From NCBI GenBank assembly GCA_000165345.1, contig CM000430.1:704001-768000 (forward strand): 64,000 nucleotides of DNA, in the 5' to 3' direction. This document shows positions 13,649-24,281 of this stretch, in pieces. Made by a program: the position numbers and the translations under genes. Below the pieces are notes generated by a model. It ran no database searches and had not been told where the DNA came from. It was given only the letters and a program-made list of their open reading frames with translations. Numbering within the stretch: the stretch's first letter is position 1; each line of letters starts with the position of its first letter.

Positions 13649-16600
13649 ATGGACTCTACAGCAGAAGTTTATTCTTTACCCCAACTACAAGACAGGATAA
13701 AGAGGGATCCAGGGGCTTATTTATCAGATTTTGAGCTACAATTACAGCATTTTTATTCAACATTGGATGTATTTAGATTAAATCCGCAAAATATTCCCAA
13801 AGAAATATTTCAGTTAATGATATTTATTGCTCAGACTTGCCCATATTACTATAAATATGGAGTATGTAACAAGTTTATTGAGAAACTTCTTGATGAATTA
13901 AAGAATAACTCTAGTTTAATGACTTCAGATATGCGAGTTTCAATGGCAACTTCATTAATTTTACTTTCAAATCAAAAAATTATTGACATTGTATATTTAT
14001 TGCCTCTATGGTTTGATTTAATGCGTCTTCCTGATAAAATTTTAAGATCAAAGTTATTGAAACATATAGTTTCAAGTATAGTCAATGCCAATATCAAGAA
14101 AACTGGTAAGAAAACGAGCGCAAAGAACAGGTCAAAGAGTATATTAAAGAGTAAACAAATTGGTACATCATTTTCAATTTCAGAAACAACATTTAGTTAC
14201 TTCGGCGAAACTGGGAATGATAACACTTCAGATCAAACTCTAAAACAATTAAAAAGTTATAATATATCTATGGGATATGACTTGAAAAAATTTAATTCTA
14301 CAGTCATGTCATTTTTAAGAGAAAGAATTGCAGATCCAAAAGATGTTTTACGTTCAATGGCTATTATTATTGATGTTTATAGGCAACATGTTTGGAATGA
14401 TGCTCAAGCTGTGAATATTATAGCTAAGTGTTGTGTGGGTTCAACTTCACCAAAAGTAGCTTCAACTGCAGCGAGATTTCTTTTGGGAAGGAATTGTTCA
14501 ATGGAAGAATTGGAGAATGATATAGAAGATGAAGATGAAAAGAGAGAATTGGCAGCAGAAGCAGCAAAGGCTATGAAATCTGCTTTAATCGGAATCAGTT
14601 CTAATAGTAAAAAGAAGAAAATGGAAAAGGCTAAGCAAGCAATGAAGAAATTGGAAAAACAAAAAAAGAATAAGACTGAAAACAACTCTTTAATTAAAAG
14701 TAACCAATGTATTGATTTAATACATTGTCCACAAGAATTTGCAGAAGAATTATTCCATAGAGTTGCTTCACATACTGATCCTTTTGAGGTTAGAATGACA
14801 CTTATTGGTCTTATTTCTCGTTTAATTGAACGTCATCGTCTGATTCTTATCAATTACTATTCATATCTTGGCAGATATTTATCTCCAAATAATAAAAATG
14901 TTACAAATGTTTTGGCTTTTTTGGCACAAGCTTGTCACGAATTAATACCTCCACAAGAACTTTCTTCAACTATCAAGTTACTTATGGATAATTTTGTTAA
15001 TGAATGTTGTAGGCCTGAAGTTATTGTGGTTGGTTTGAATACTATTCGAGAAATTTGTCAGAGAGTACCTTTGGTTATGGATAAGGATAAGCTCTTGGAT
15101 TTGGCTAACTTTAGAAAGATGAATGATAAAGGAGTATCAATCGCAGCAAAGAGTTTGGTTAATCTCTATAGGGAAATTATGCCAAGTATGCTTCATCGTT
15201 CTTTAATGAGCAAGGATGCTGCAATGAATATGAAGGATGAGAATCAAGATGAAAATAGTTTTGCTTATGGTTATAAAAAGATTGATCAAACTATTTCTGG
15301 AGCTGATTTGCTTATTAAGTATAATAATAGGAAGAATAAATCAAAGAAAGATACTGAGTCTGAATCTTGCCAATCTGTTGAAGATTATGATTACCAAGTG
15401 GATCAAGATACCGATCATGACCATGATGATGATGATGTAGATGGCATTGATCTTGAGGAAATTGATGAATTAAGTCAAGTTGATATGGAAGAACTCGCCT
15501 CTTCTAATGAAGATGATTTTGAGGACTCTGATGAATCAGATATTGGCTCTGATATTGAAGATTCTACTTCAATTAAGGTTTCCAAGTCTCCAGAAAATAT
15601 AATGGAAAGTAATAATATAGTTTTTGATAAGATTTTAGATCAGGATGACTTCAAATTGATTAAAAAACTTAAAACAAGAGTAGAAGCAGCAAAGGCTGTT
15701 GGAGCATCTAAAGGTCCGAAAAATGAGCAGTTAGACTTTTCTACAGCATCATCAGATGAAGGTTTTGGTTCAGGAATTAGTGAAGAGGATAATACTTCAG
15801 AAAGTGAAAGTGAAAATGATTCAGACTCTAATGATTCCACAGATTACGATATTAGTAGAGATATTAGAGATGAGATTACTCGTAACATGGGTAGAAAGAA
15901 GTTGAGTAAACAACAAAGGGTTCAATCTATTATGAAGGGAAGGCAGGACAGAGAGACATTTAAAGAAAGGAGAATTAGAGGTAAGTTTTTCTTGATTCTT
16001 ATGGTCCAATTGTTTTGTTTTTTTTTTTTGTGCATGTGGTTCAGTTATTTATAAGGAATTCAGAGAAGAATTTAAAGCAAATAGTCTTTATTTCTTTCTT
16101 TTTCCTCCTCCAAACAATTGAGTGGATAAAGTAAATTATGGCATGCAAAGCCGGCTAGTTACTACATCTATTAGTTACTAGTGACTATGTAAAAGGTTGT
16201 TGAGTCTAATGCCAAAGTAATTCGTTATTTGAATAGTTGATCAATTCTATCACTAGAAACTTTTATGTGGTTAGAGACATTCAATATATCAAGTACAAAC
16301 TTTTAATAATTATCCACAATCTAAAAAAAATTCATCTAAATGGTTTGGAGGAGTAAAAAGGGCTTATTTAGATATTAACAATAAATTTCAAACTCATGCA
16401 CTAAACTTTTAAAAGAGAAAAAAAAACCACAAAACTCTTGGAACACTTTAAAAATTAACAAACTTGTAAACAAACTTTACTTTATTTTTTTCATTTTACA
16501 GAATCTTTGAGTAAGAAACAAAGTATTCCAAATGAAGTCAAATCAAGAAATAAACCAATGATGATGGTAGTTAAGAAGAGAGGTATCAATAAGAAAAATG

Positions 16601-16692
16601 AAACAGCAAATATGAAATTGAGTAGGATCAAAAAACATCTTCGAAATTTGAAGAAGGATACTGGAAAAAAGAAAAGATTCAGAAAGAGGTAA
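13649..16692 (+). CDS. SDA1: SDA1 ribosome-biogenesis protein, two exons (13649..15980, 16502..16692)
   Basis: The N-terminus LPQLQDRIKRDPGAYLSDFELQLQHF is the SDA1 signature, followed by ARM-like repeats and an acidic tail. Exon 1 ends AGAG|GTAAGT. Exon 2 follows TTTTACAG and is in phase. It encodes NKPMMMVVKKRG...MKLSRIKKHLRNLKK, which parallels the yeast Sda1 C-terminus (KKNFVM...MSLRDKQKVLRAHI). Confidence 0.85.
15981..16501 (+). other. Unusually long (521 nt) SDA1 intron carrying nested long-range complementarities
   Basis: It has a GTAAGT donor and a TTTTACAG acceptor. Positions 16105-16115 (CTCCTCCAAAC) pair with 16343-16353 (GTTTGGAGGAG). Positions 16122-16129 (GTGGATAA) pair with 16309-16316 (TTATCCAC). 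The other nine introns in the window are 56-360 nt. Confidence 0.7.
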
Positions 16693-16882
16693 ATTCCCAC
16701 TTCTTTTTTCTTTTTGTTTATTGTTTATATTTTATTCATCTTGATATGGCTTCTTTCTTATATATTGGAATTCTAAGCTTTTCTTTTAATTAACTTATCC
16801 ACATTTGAAGTAATTAATAATATACACGATTAACAAAATAACAACAAAACTTATGGCCATATTTATTTCTTTTTGAAGTAAC

Positions 16883-19800
16883 TCAGCCTTTTTTCTTTAT
16901 TCTATACAATTTTGGAAGGTCAAGATAATGCTCTTTAATTATTGATAATGAGCTTCTTGGATATATGTTGAATTTCTTATTTAGTATTGAGGAATACTGT
17001 TGGTACTTTATTCTATAAGATATAAAGAAATCATCAATTCCAAGTGATTTATAACGTGAATTAAGGCAAGTAATAATTGAATCATACACAGCACATTTAA
17101 TTAGCAAATTCCATTGGTATTTATTAGGAAGTTGCTTTTTATACGAATAAATATTGTAGCAACATGCGTTTGAAATCCACTCCAAAACTTTGACTAAGAA
17201 TCTGGGATTAATAAACCCTTGGTGTATTTTCTTAATTCTTTTAAAGGTTGAAAGCAGTTTTAGTATACCAATATATACAACAATCACTATATTTGTGTAA
17301 ATCTATATGATAAAGAAAAGAATTTTCATAATAAACAAGAATGAAAATTAATTAATTAATTAATTGGTTGGTTATTTGTTGAATTATATTTAAAACTTAC
17401 CGTAAATAAAGAATTGATTTTACAATCATATAGCAATCCATTCTTGATTCTAAAATCAAAGTATCTTATTAATTTTATACCCAAAACAGACCACATATAA
17501 TTTGACTTTTGAAGGTTTTCAGATATCGTCGTCGACTTAAACCTGTGAAAATTTGAATAATTACTTGTAAATTGGTGCTTAGTTGTCAAGGTTACAGTAT
17601 CCATAACACATATGAATTCCAAATTCTTCCATGGGGAAACCATGCAATTCAAATAGCTGTACTCACTGGAAAACTTCATTCCTGTCCATGATACTTGTTT
17701 ATGGAACTGTTTTAAGGCTATCTTAGCCTTGTTAATCATTTCTTTTTCATTTTGGCAGTCCTTTTCACTTTTGTTGGTATTTATTCTCTTTTCCACTGGA
17801 CTGCTTGTGCACTCTGTCGAAGGTGGGAAGGAAGAAGAGGACGATGAGGAAGACGACGAAGAAGATGAAGAGGAAGATGAAGAGGAACAAGATGATGAAC
17901 AGGAAGAGGAAGGCGAAGATAGTAAAACATCATCCTCCTCAAGGATGATGATCTCATTATTGTGGTCAATCCAAGGAAAGTTAGAGTTGATTTTGTCCTT
18001 GGAAACGTTCGATCCCCATAGTTTTTGTATATAAAGTAACTTTAAGAACTTTTTGGCGGACTCCAAATCGGATGTGAGAAAAAGAAAATCGTCTACCCAT
18101 CTCAATAAGAGACTTTCTTGCTTATTGCTCTGAGAAGGACTTTCTTGATCATAACTTTTGAGATTGGCACGGATTTGGCAATTCTGGTTGTTGATATTAT
18201 TATTAAACTCTTCGGAAGGTTGCAGTAAAACACTTTTAGCATTAATATTATATTCTGATATTTCTAGTCTTCTTTTTTTACTTGTACTAGTATTATAAAT
18301 ATTTATCTCATTTTCTTTAAATTCTGGGTAACGGGATAATCCTGTCTCAAGATCATGTTGTGAAAATAAGTCTTTTTCAGTTGGATCAAGTAATTGTACT
18401 TTTTCTTGTTTAATTGGATTCAGAAATGATAAAGAAATGTAAGAGGAGGAAAAAAATGAATGTCCCAAAAGATTCTGGATTTCTGGATTTAGATCTAAGA
18501 AATTATAATAGAGACAACAAAGAATGTAAGAAATACTTGATCCTTGTGGAATTCCAAAATCTTGCTTAAATAAGCTTAGAAATCTTTTTCCAAATTTGAT
18601 AGAATTTCCAAGTTGTTTAGATTTTATTAGTCTTAAAGACTTTGAACATGTCCTAAGTCGAAAAAAGCTTGTGTTAAGGTGGATCTTAATGATCTCCTTG
18701 ACTAATTTCCAGTTTATCACACGTCTTGAATTTAAAAAAGTAAAGATTTCTGCTTTTTTTTGTCCCAAAATACTCAAATCCTTGTTTGATAAACAAGAAT
18801 TTTTAAGATTCCAAAGAAGTTCATCTAAATCTGGTCCTATAATCCTCTTAATTTTTGATTTGACGACTTTTTGATCTTCATCATGATCTTTCTCAAAAAT
18901 AGGTACCATATTTAGTTTTCCTTTTGAAGTAATAATACATGATCTCCCAAGCTCATCTTGGTAAGAGTCTCTATTCATATTATCAAAAGGCGGAATAATT
19001 GTTGTTTTACTTAAAGCCCTTGAATATAAGCTCAAAAGGGAAATTTCATTTGGAAGAGAAATTACATCCAAAAACTCAAAAATCTTGGACTTATTTATAT
19101 TTTCAAAACAGTTCACTAAATCTGCTTTAATAATATAAATCTTTACATGGGACATTTTTTTACCTTGATTTTGATAAAAATCTTCATTCATTTGAAATTG
19201 TTGTTTGTCTCTTCTATTCTTTATCCACCAATTCTTTATAATCTTATAAATATCTCCAAACTGTACAAGAGAAGCACCAAGATGATTCTTTCCTGTCATT
19301 CTTAATAGAAAAGATCTTAAAATCTTGGAAGGATAAAACAACATATTATTTGTTGATGGACGTCTTATATCTATAATTCTATTACTTGAAGGACGTCTCA
19401 TTACCTTATTAATTGGAGTAGTAGGTACCGATGATCCTGAATTTATTCCAATTCCTATATTATAATTACCAAATCCTAATCCCACTCCTAATCTTCCTGG
19501 TGGTGTCATAATCTGACAATTTTGGCTTGAAAATGATGTAAAATTCTTTCCTCCTATATTATTAATATGACCATAATTATGATTATTTCCTACAATACCG
19601 TTATTACCATTACTATTAAAGTAGTTATAATAGTAATTGTTATTAATCCAACTTGTTGGAAGATCTCCACCAGTCCAAACTGAATTACAATCACAAAAAC
19701 CAATCTTCTTCTTTTCTTCACAAGTGTGATCTCTTTCAAGATTTTGTTGAAGAATTTGTCCAGATCCAACTTTTGATAAATTTATTAATGGTCTTAAACC

Positions 19801-21780
19801 TTTAGATTTCGGTACCCATCTTATTTTTGGGATATTTTCAGAAAACTCAGAGTTCTTATCAATTAATTTTGAAATTTCTTGAATTGAAGATAAATTCATT
19901 ATATAGTCTTTTGACTGAATTCCTTTTAATATACTTTCTAGATACCATTTATCAGCTTGTCTCACGATCTTTATCCAAACTGGATGTCTAAAATATCTTA
20001 CTTTATTACTACCCTCAATTTCTGTTGCATAGAAATGTCTTCTTAATATTGGAAATACCAAATATACTATTAAAAAATAAATGTTCCTAGCTAGATATGT
20101 TTTTCCAAGGCTAATTAAACTTTTTTTAATACTAGATCTTGTCTTATTATTCGGTACCTTTTTAGATCTTTGATTAGAATTAATTAAATTTTTTGATTCT
20201 TTAATAAATTGATAACTTTTTTCTTCAAGTATTCTATTTACCCAATTTGAAACCTCAATTCCATTCATTGCATGTTGAATCTTAAAAGTTTCTCTAATAT
20301 GAAGATTCACAATTATTGGGATCTTTTTATTAATAAAAGTCTTAAAGTTTTTAAAGGTACCAAGTATATTCTTTGGTAATACTTTAATCAAGTATAATCT
20401 TAAAAAATTTACTACTCTAGTAGAACTTGTTTCAAAACAAGGAATAGGTAATTTATTGAAGTTTTGTAAATCTGAATCTTTAATTGGTTCTATTGGACAT
20501 ATTTGATCTAGAAAGTTAACTGGAGACGTATTTCTAATATTTAACAATAAATTTTGGAATTCTTCCATCATAGCAGAAGCCAATTTACATTTAACACGGG
20601 AGAATTTTGTCATTTCATAACTTCCAAGTAATCCAATCAAACTTTGTCTGTTGTGATCTTTGAATATATGATCAGTTTGAATAATAAATCTAAGTAGTGT
20701 TCTTGCTCCTAATAAATTTGGAGGTAAAAGTCTTAGAACAGATAAACAAGGAAGACCTCCTCTTTTTGAGAAATGATCACAATAAAGAAATGTTGAGCGA
20801 TATGGAATATCAATTTTGTAGATTTTAGAAAGTCTTGAATCTTTAATAATTCCTCCTGATCTTTTGTTTACTTGTCTTGGAGTTTCATCTAAAGGCTTAA
20901 CTTCTTCTTTTTCCTCAATTGTAAGAATTGGAGTTAAAGAAGATGATGATACAAATGAATTGGTCTTTTTTGGCCCTGTCTCATAAAGTCTAGCAAGCTC
21001 TTCCAGGAAGTCATTAGTTAACATTCTACCAGCTTGTTGAATGAGAATTTCAGAGTGATCACCAAGTATTCTAAAGATAATACAGCAAACAAATAAGAAG
21101 AGAATCTCAATAGGACCTATTTTGGAAAGAAGAGTATTCCAAGCATGGAGGTTTTGAAACTTGTATAAAGTAGAATTACAGAATGAGTATTTCTTGGGCT
21201 TTATAGTGTCGAAGCTAGTTCTTAATCCTGAATAACTCCCTGAATGAAAGATCCTAATCCTTGGAAAGTGCTTACGGAGTAGGAGCTCAAAGTCTTGTAC
21301 TTGATAGGTCAGAGAATCCTTTTCAGAATCTGGAATTATATTCTTAATTTGGTCTGTAATAAAGGAAGGAGACAATGTCTCATTATATTCGGTATTTCTT
21401 GACCTCTTTCCTGAAGACATAGACGACTGATTTCTAGGTGAGCTAAAGTAGTTCTGACCTAGTATCGATGACCACTCGAGCAATTTTTCGATATTTATAC
21501 CCAACAACTTCCTCCTGTCTCCGTTAATATCAAGACTATTGTCTAAGGAATTAAATGTAAGTTCCCTTAAGCCAAGAAATCCCTCCTTTAAAGCTTTTGG
21601 TATAGAAGGATCTTCCAGTATCAAAGTCTCTTCAAGTAGCCTCCTTAACTCCCCTGAGGAATCATTGTACAATCCTTCTTCTTTGAATACTCTAATCTTT
21701 CTTTTCTGCTCCAGGTACTCTCCCAGCGTCAGAACCTCTTGCTTCATCAACACTGCTAAAGCACCCTTCAACACACTCAT
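16883..21780 (-). CDS. TERT: Telomerase reverse transcriptase, two exons (21780..17401, 17302..16883)
   Basis: T-motif FYATEIEGSNKVRYFRHPVW; motif A YIIKADLVNCFENI; motif B' FGIPQGSSISYILCCLYY; motif C LLLRWVDDFLFLT; motif E WTGMKF. The ORF ends at ACG|GTAAGT. A 98-nt intron (17303..17400, acceptor ATATAG) joins in phase to the 134-aa ORF that supplies the C-terminal extension (thumb). Confidence 0.9.
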
Positions 21781-21836
21781 CCTCTGTATTCATTATCGTC
21801 ATGTAATTACTTTTTGTTCACGACTTACTATTAAAG

Positions 21837-21857
21837 TGGCGGGAAAGGTGCGCGCCA
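21837..21857. promoter_or_regulatory. Tandem E2F-type boxes TGGCGGGAAAGGTGCGCGCCA, 57 nt upstream of the TERT ATG
   Basis: They were read directly from the sequence and lie in the TERT / USP divergent region. Confidence 0.6.
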
Positions 21858-22268
21858 TACATGATTGTATTTAGATTTAATGCTCTGAGGAGAAGAAATG
21901 GGTTGGGGGAGACCATAGAAAGGTTAAGAATGAAGGAGGCGATGATGGTGGGGTATTAGAAGAAGGGAGGAATAAATGTTAAGGATTTAGGAATTATAAG
22001 AGGTAAATATATGAGTAAGGAGTTTTGGTTAATTGAGTGAAGTGTTAAGTAGAAGCGTGGAGAGGGAATTTGATTATAGGCAATCGAACTATGGTAAAGA
22101 AAGAGATAAATGGAGGTAAGATATAAATCATCAGTTCAGAGTGTTTGAAAATAAAAGAAGGAAAGAAAAATAAAAGAATCAAAGCATTTTGAGAAGGAAT
22201 TAAATTTGAAAAAGTTGGAGGCCACCACACAATTTACACACAACCTAGGGGGATCTGTCTCTAACGTG

Positions 22269-22280
22269 TTTTGGCGCCAA
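22269..22280. promoter_or_regulatory. Palindromic E2F-type box TTTTGGCGCCAA
   Basis: It contains the perfect palindrome TTGGCGCCAA and lies about 400 nt upstream of the USP ATG. Confidence 0.55.
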
Positions 22281-22599
22281 CAAAGATTTATGCAAGCTAT
22301 AGGAGAAGAAAGAATAGGTAAAAGAGAATAAATAGAAGAAAGGTAAAAAGTTGTGTAAAATTAATAATAAAAGATTCAAGTTGAGATACTGGAGGAATTG
22401 AAAGAGAGAAGGAGACTGCGTGTGAGGAAATTCTGGAGAAAGATAGAGGAAAAGGAGGGTCAGGGAGGGAAGTAATATACAAAAAGAGGTTAAAAGGAGA
22501 ATTTAAGAATAACAAGAAATATATCTTAGGAGTGAGAAGTATTTAGCAGGACAGATTTAGGAGGAGGAGAAAAATAGAGTTTTAGTAGGTGAAAACAGA

Positions 22600-22667
<68 letters not shown>

Positions 22668-22682
22668 TACAAATAGAGTAAT

Positions 22683-23831
22683 ATGGGGAATTCAGTTCCC
22701 TCATCTTCATCGTCAGTATCATCAGAAACAGTTAATACGAATAGGAACGGGGCTGAAAATATGAGTAGTCCAATAGGAATAAAGAATTTTGGGAACACGT
22801 GTTATATGAATGCTGGGTTACAGTTTATATCAGCAATGGGAATCTTTACAGAAGAAAATTTTGGAGGGATAAAACTTAATAAGAGCTCCTCAGAGGAGGT
22901 TTGTAGGTCATTAATATCAATTTTAATTCAGTTAGGAAAACCAAGTAGAATAACAGATGCAATTTCTCCATATCAACTTTTTAAGCAGCTTAGACAACAG
23001 AACTCTGATCTTTTTAACCAGCATCAACAAGATGCACATGAATTTATTATGTATATTTTGGAAATAATCCATGATGGGACTATTAAACCATGTAATGCTC
23101 CAAAGCTGTCAAACGAAGATCTTGAGAAATTGAGCAAAAAATCAACCCGACCAGGAAATGTTTTTTGGAATAACCATATGATGAGAAATAATTCAATTTT
23201 GAATAATACAATATGTGGACAGTTCAGAAGTAGAATAACTTGCGAGAATTGTGGAAATAATAGTGATACTTTTGATCCCTTTTGGGATATAACATTGGCT
23301 CTTCCTGAAGTTTCAGATGATTATGAGAAGATTTCAATTGGGTCTTGCTTTAGAAAGTTTTTTGAGCAACAGAATCTTTTTCACGAAAATGATGAACCAA
23401 ATTACAATTGTTCCCATTGTAAGAGTGTTGTAAACGCAACAAGATGTATAAATATTTCGCAGTTCCCAAATGTATTGCTTGTAACTTTAAAGAGGTTTAA
23501 TAACAACGGAGAAAAATGTAATGGGATTGTTTCCTTTAAAACAGCAGGAATAATACTCAAATCTCTCACGGAGATTGGCCACTTCAAGTTAGTAGCAGTG
23601 CTTCAACACAATGGAAGTACTCTTTTCCAAGGCCATTATATCTCCTATGTTTTCAAAAAGGAGTTCAACGGATGGTTTAAATTTGATGATGATATAGTCA
23701 CTTTAGTAGACGATATTCTTGAGGAGGATATTCAGGCTTACTGCCTTCTTTATATTCTCGAGTCAAAGAGCGCTTTGAACTCCAACTCTGAACAAGCTTA
23801 TTCTGTGGGTATAAGGAATCAGAGAAATTAG
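22683..23831 (+). CDS. Ubiquitin carboxyl-terminal hydrolase (USP/UBP, peptidase C19)
   Basis: It has the Cys box GIKNFGNTCYMNAGLQF, the QQDAHEF motif, a CxxC...CxxC zinc ribbon and the His box GHYISYV...WFKFDDD. Confidence 0.85.
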   Translation: MGNSVPSSSSSVSSETVNTNRNGAENMSSPIGIKNFGNTCYMNAGLQFISAMGIFTEENFGGIKLNKSSSEEVCRSLISILIQLGKPSRITDAISPYQLFKQLRQQNSDLFNQHQQDAHEFIMYILEIIHDGTIKPCNAPKLSNEDLEKLSKKSTRPGNVFWNNHMMRNNSILNNTICGQFRSRITCENCGNNSDTFDPFWDITLALPEVSDDYEKISIGSCFRKFFEQQNLFHENDEPNYNCSHCKSVVNATRCINISQFPNVLLVTLKRFNNNGEKCNGIVSFKTAGIILKSLTEIGHFKLVAVLQHNGSTLFQGHYISYVFKKEFNGWFKFDDDIVTLVDDILEEDIQAYCLLYILESKSALNSNSEQAYSVGIRNQRN

Positions 23832-24247
23832 ACCCAGTAGTCTCAAACGCTTACAACTTACTCAAAATTCTATATAGCTGTTATAATTTAATGTTTTTAG
23901 TTCCATTTCTTACATGTTATTTTTCATTTTAATCAGTCCTTCCGCAATTATAGATGTTTGCAATAGTTTTGGCGGGTTAAGTCGTTTTTTCCAATGCTTG
24001 TAGGAGAGTTCAGAAAGTTGCTTTGCTTGCATAAAGGGTGGGGATTTTTTTGTTTGGTCCTTTTTAGTTTGAAATAGGCAAAATTTGAAGATATTTTTTT
24101 CTTCTTAGCTGGATTTTACTGTTGGATTACTTTTGACCAGAAACTTATCAATCTGTTTATCCCCCCAACAAATCTTTACGAGCCCAAGCAGATTTAAGTA
24201 ATTTAATAAATCACTTAATTTAGAGCTATTGTTTTCTTTAATTAAGA

Positions 24248-24256
24248 CCGGTATAG
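24248..24256 (+). promoter_or_regulatory. CCGGTATAG motif copy, 26 nt upstream of the ATG at 24282
   Basis: Exact 9-mer; see the finding on this motif. Confidence 0.45.
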
Positions 24257-24281
24257 CTTTATCGAAATTATTCAAGGAAAA

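Noticed and set aside
16239-16253. GATCAATTCTATCAC in the SDA1 intron resembles U3 snoRNA box A (GAUCAUUUCUAUAG)
   Set aside because: There are two mismatches, and no downstream box C', B, C (UGAUGA) or D (CUGA) within 300 nt, so it is not a U3 gene.
17729-18034. A 101-aa plus-strand ORF rich in E/D, opposite TERT
   Set aside because: It is the antisense of the TERT poly-Ser tract (TCT/TCC read as AGA/GGA/GAA).
22045-22515. Two minus-strand ORFs (61 and 72 aa) in the TERT / USP intergenic region
   Set aside because: They lie in the polypurine tract and encode pyrimidine-codon low-complexity (F/L/S/P) peptides starting at non-ATG codons.
22683-22703. N-terminal MGNSVPS of the USP as an N-myristoylation signal
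   Set aside because: Position 5 after the Gly is Pro, which does not fit the G-x-x-x-[STAGCN] consensus as I recall it.
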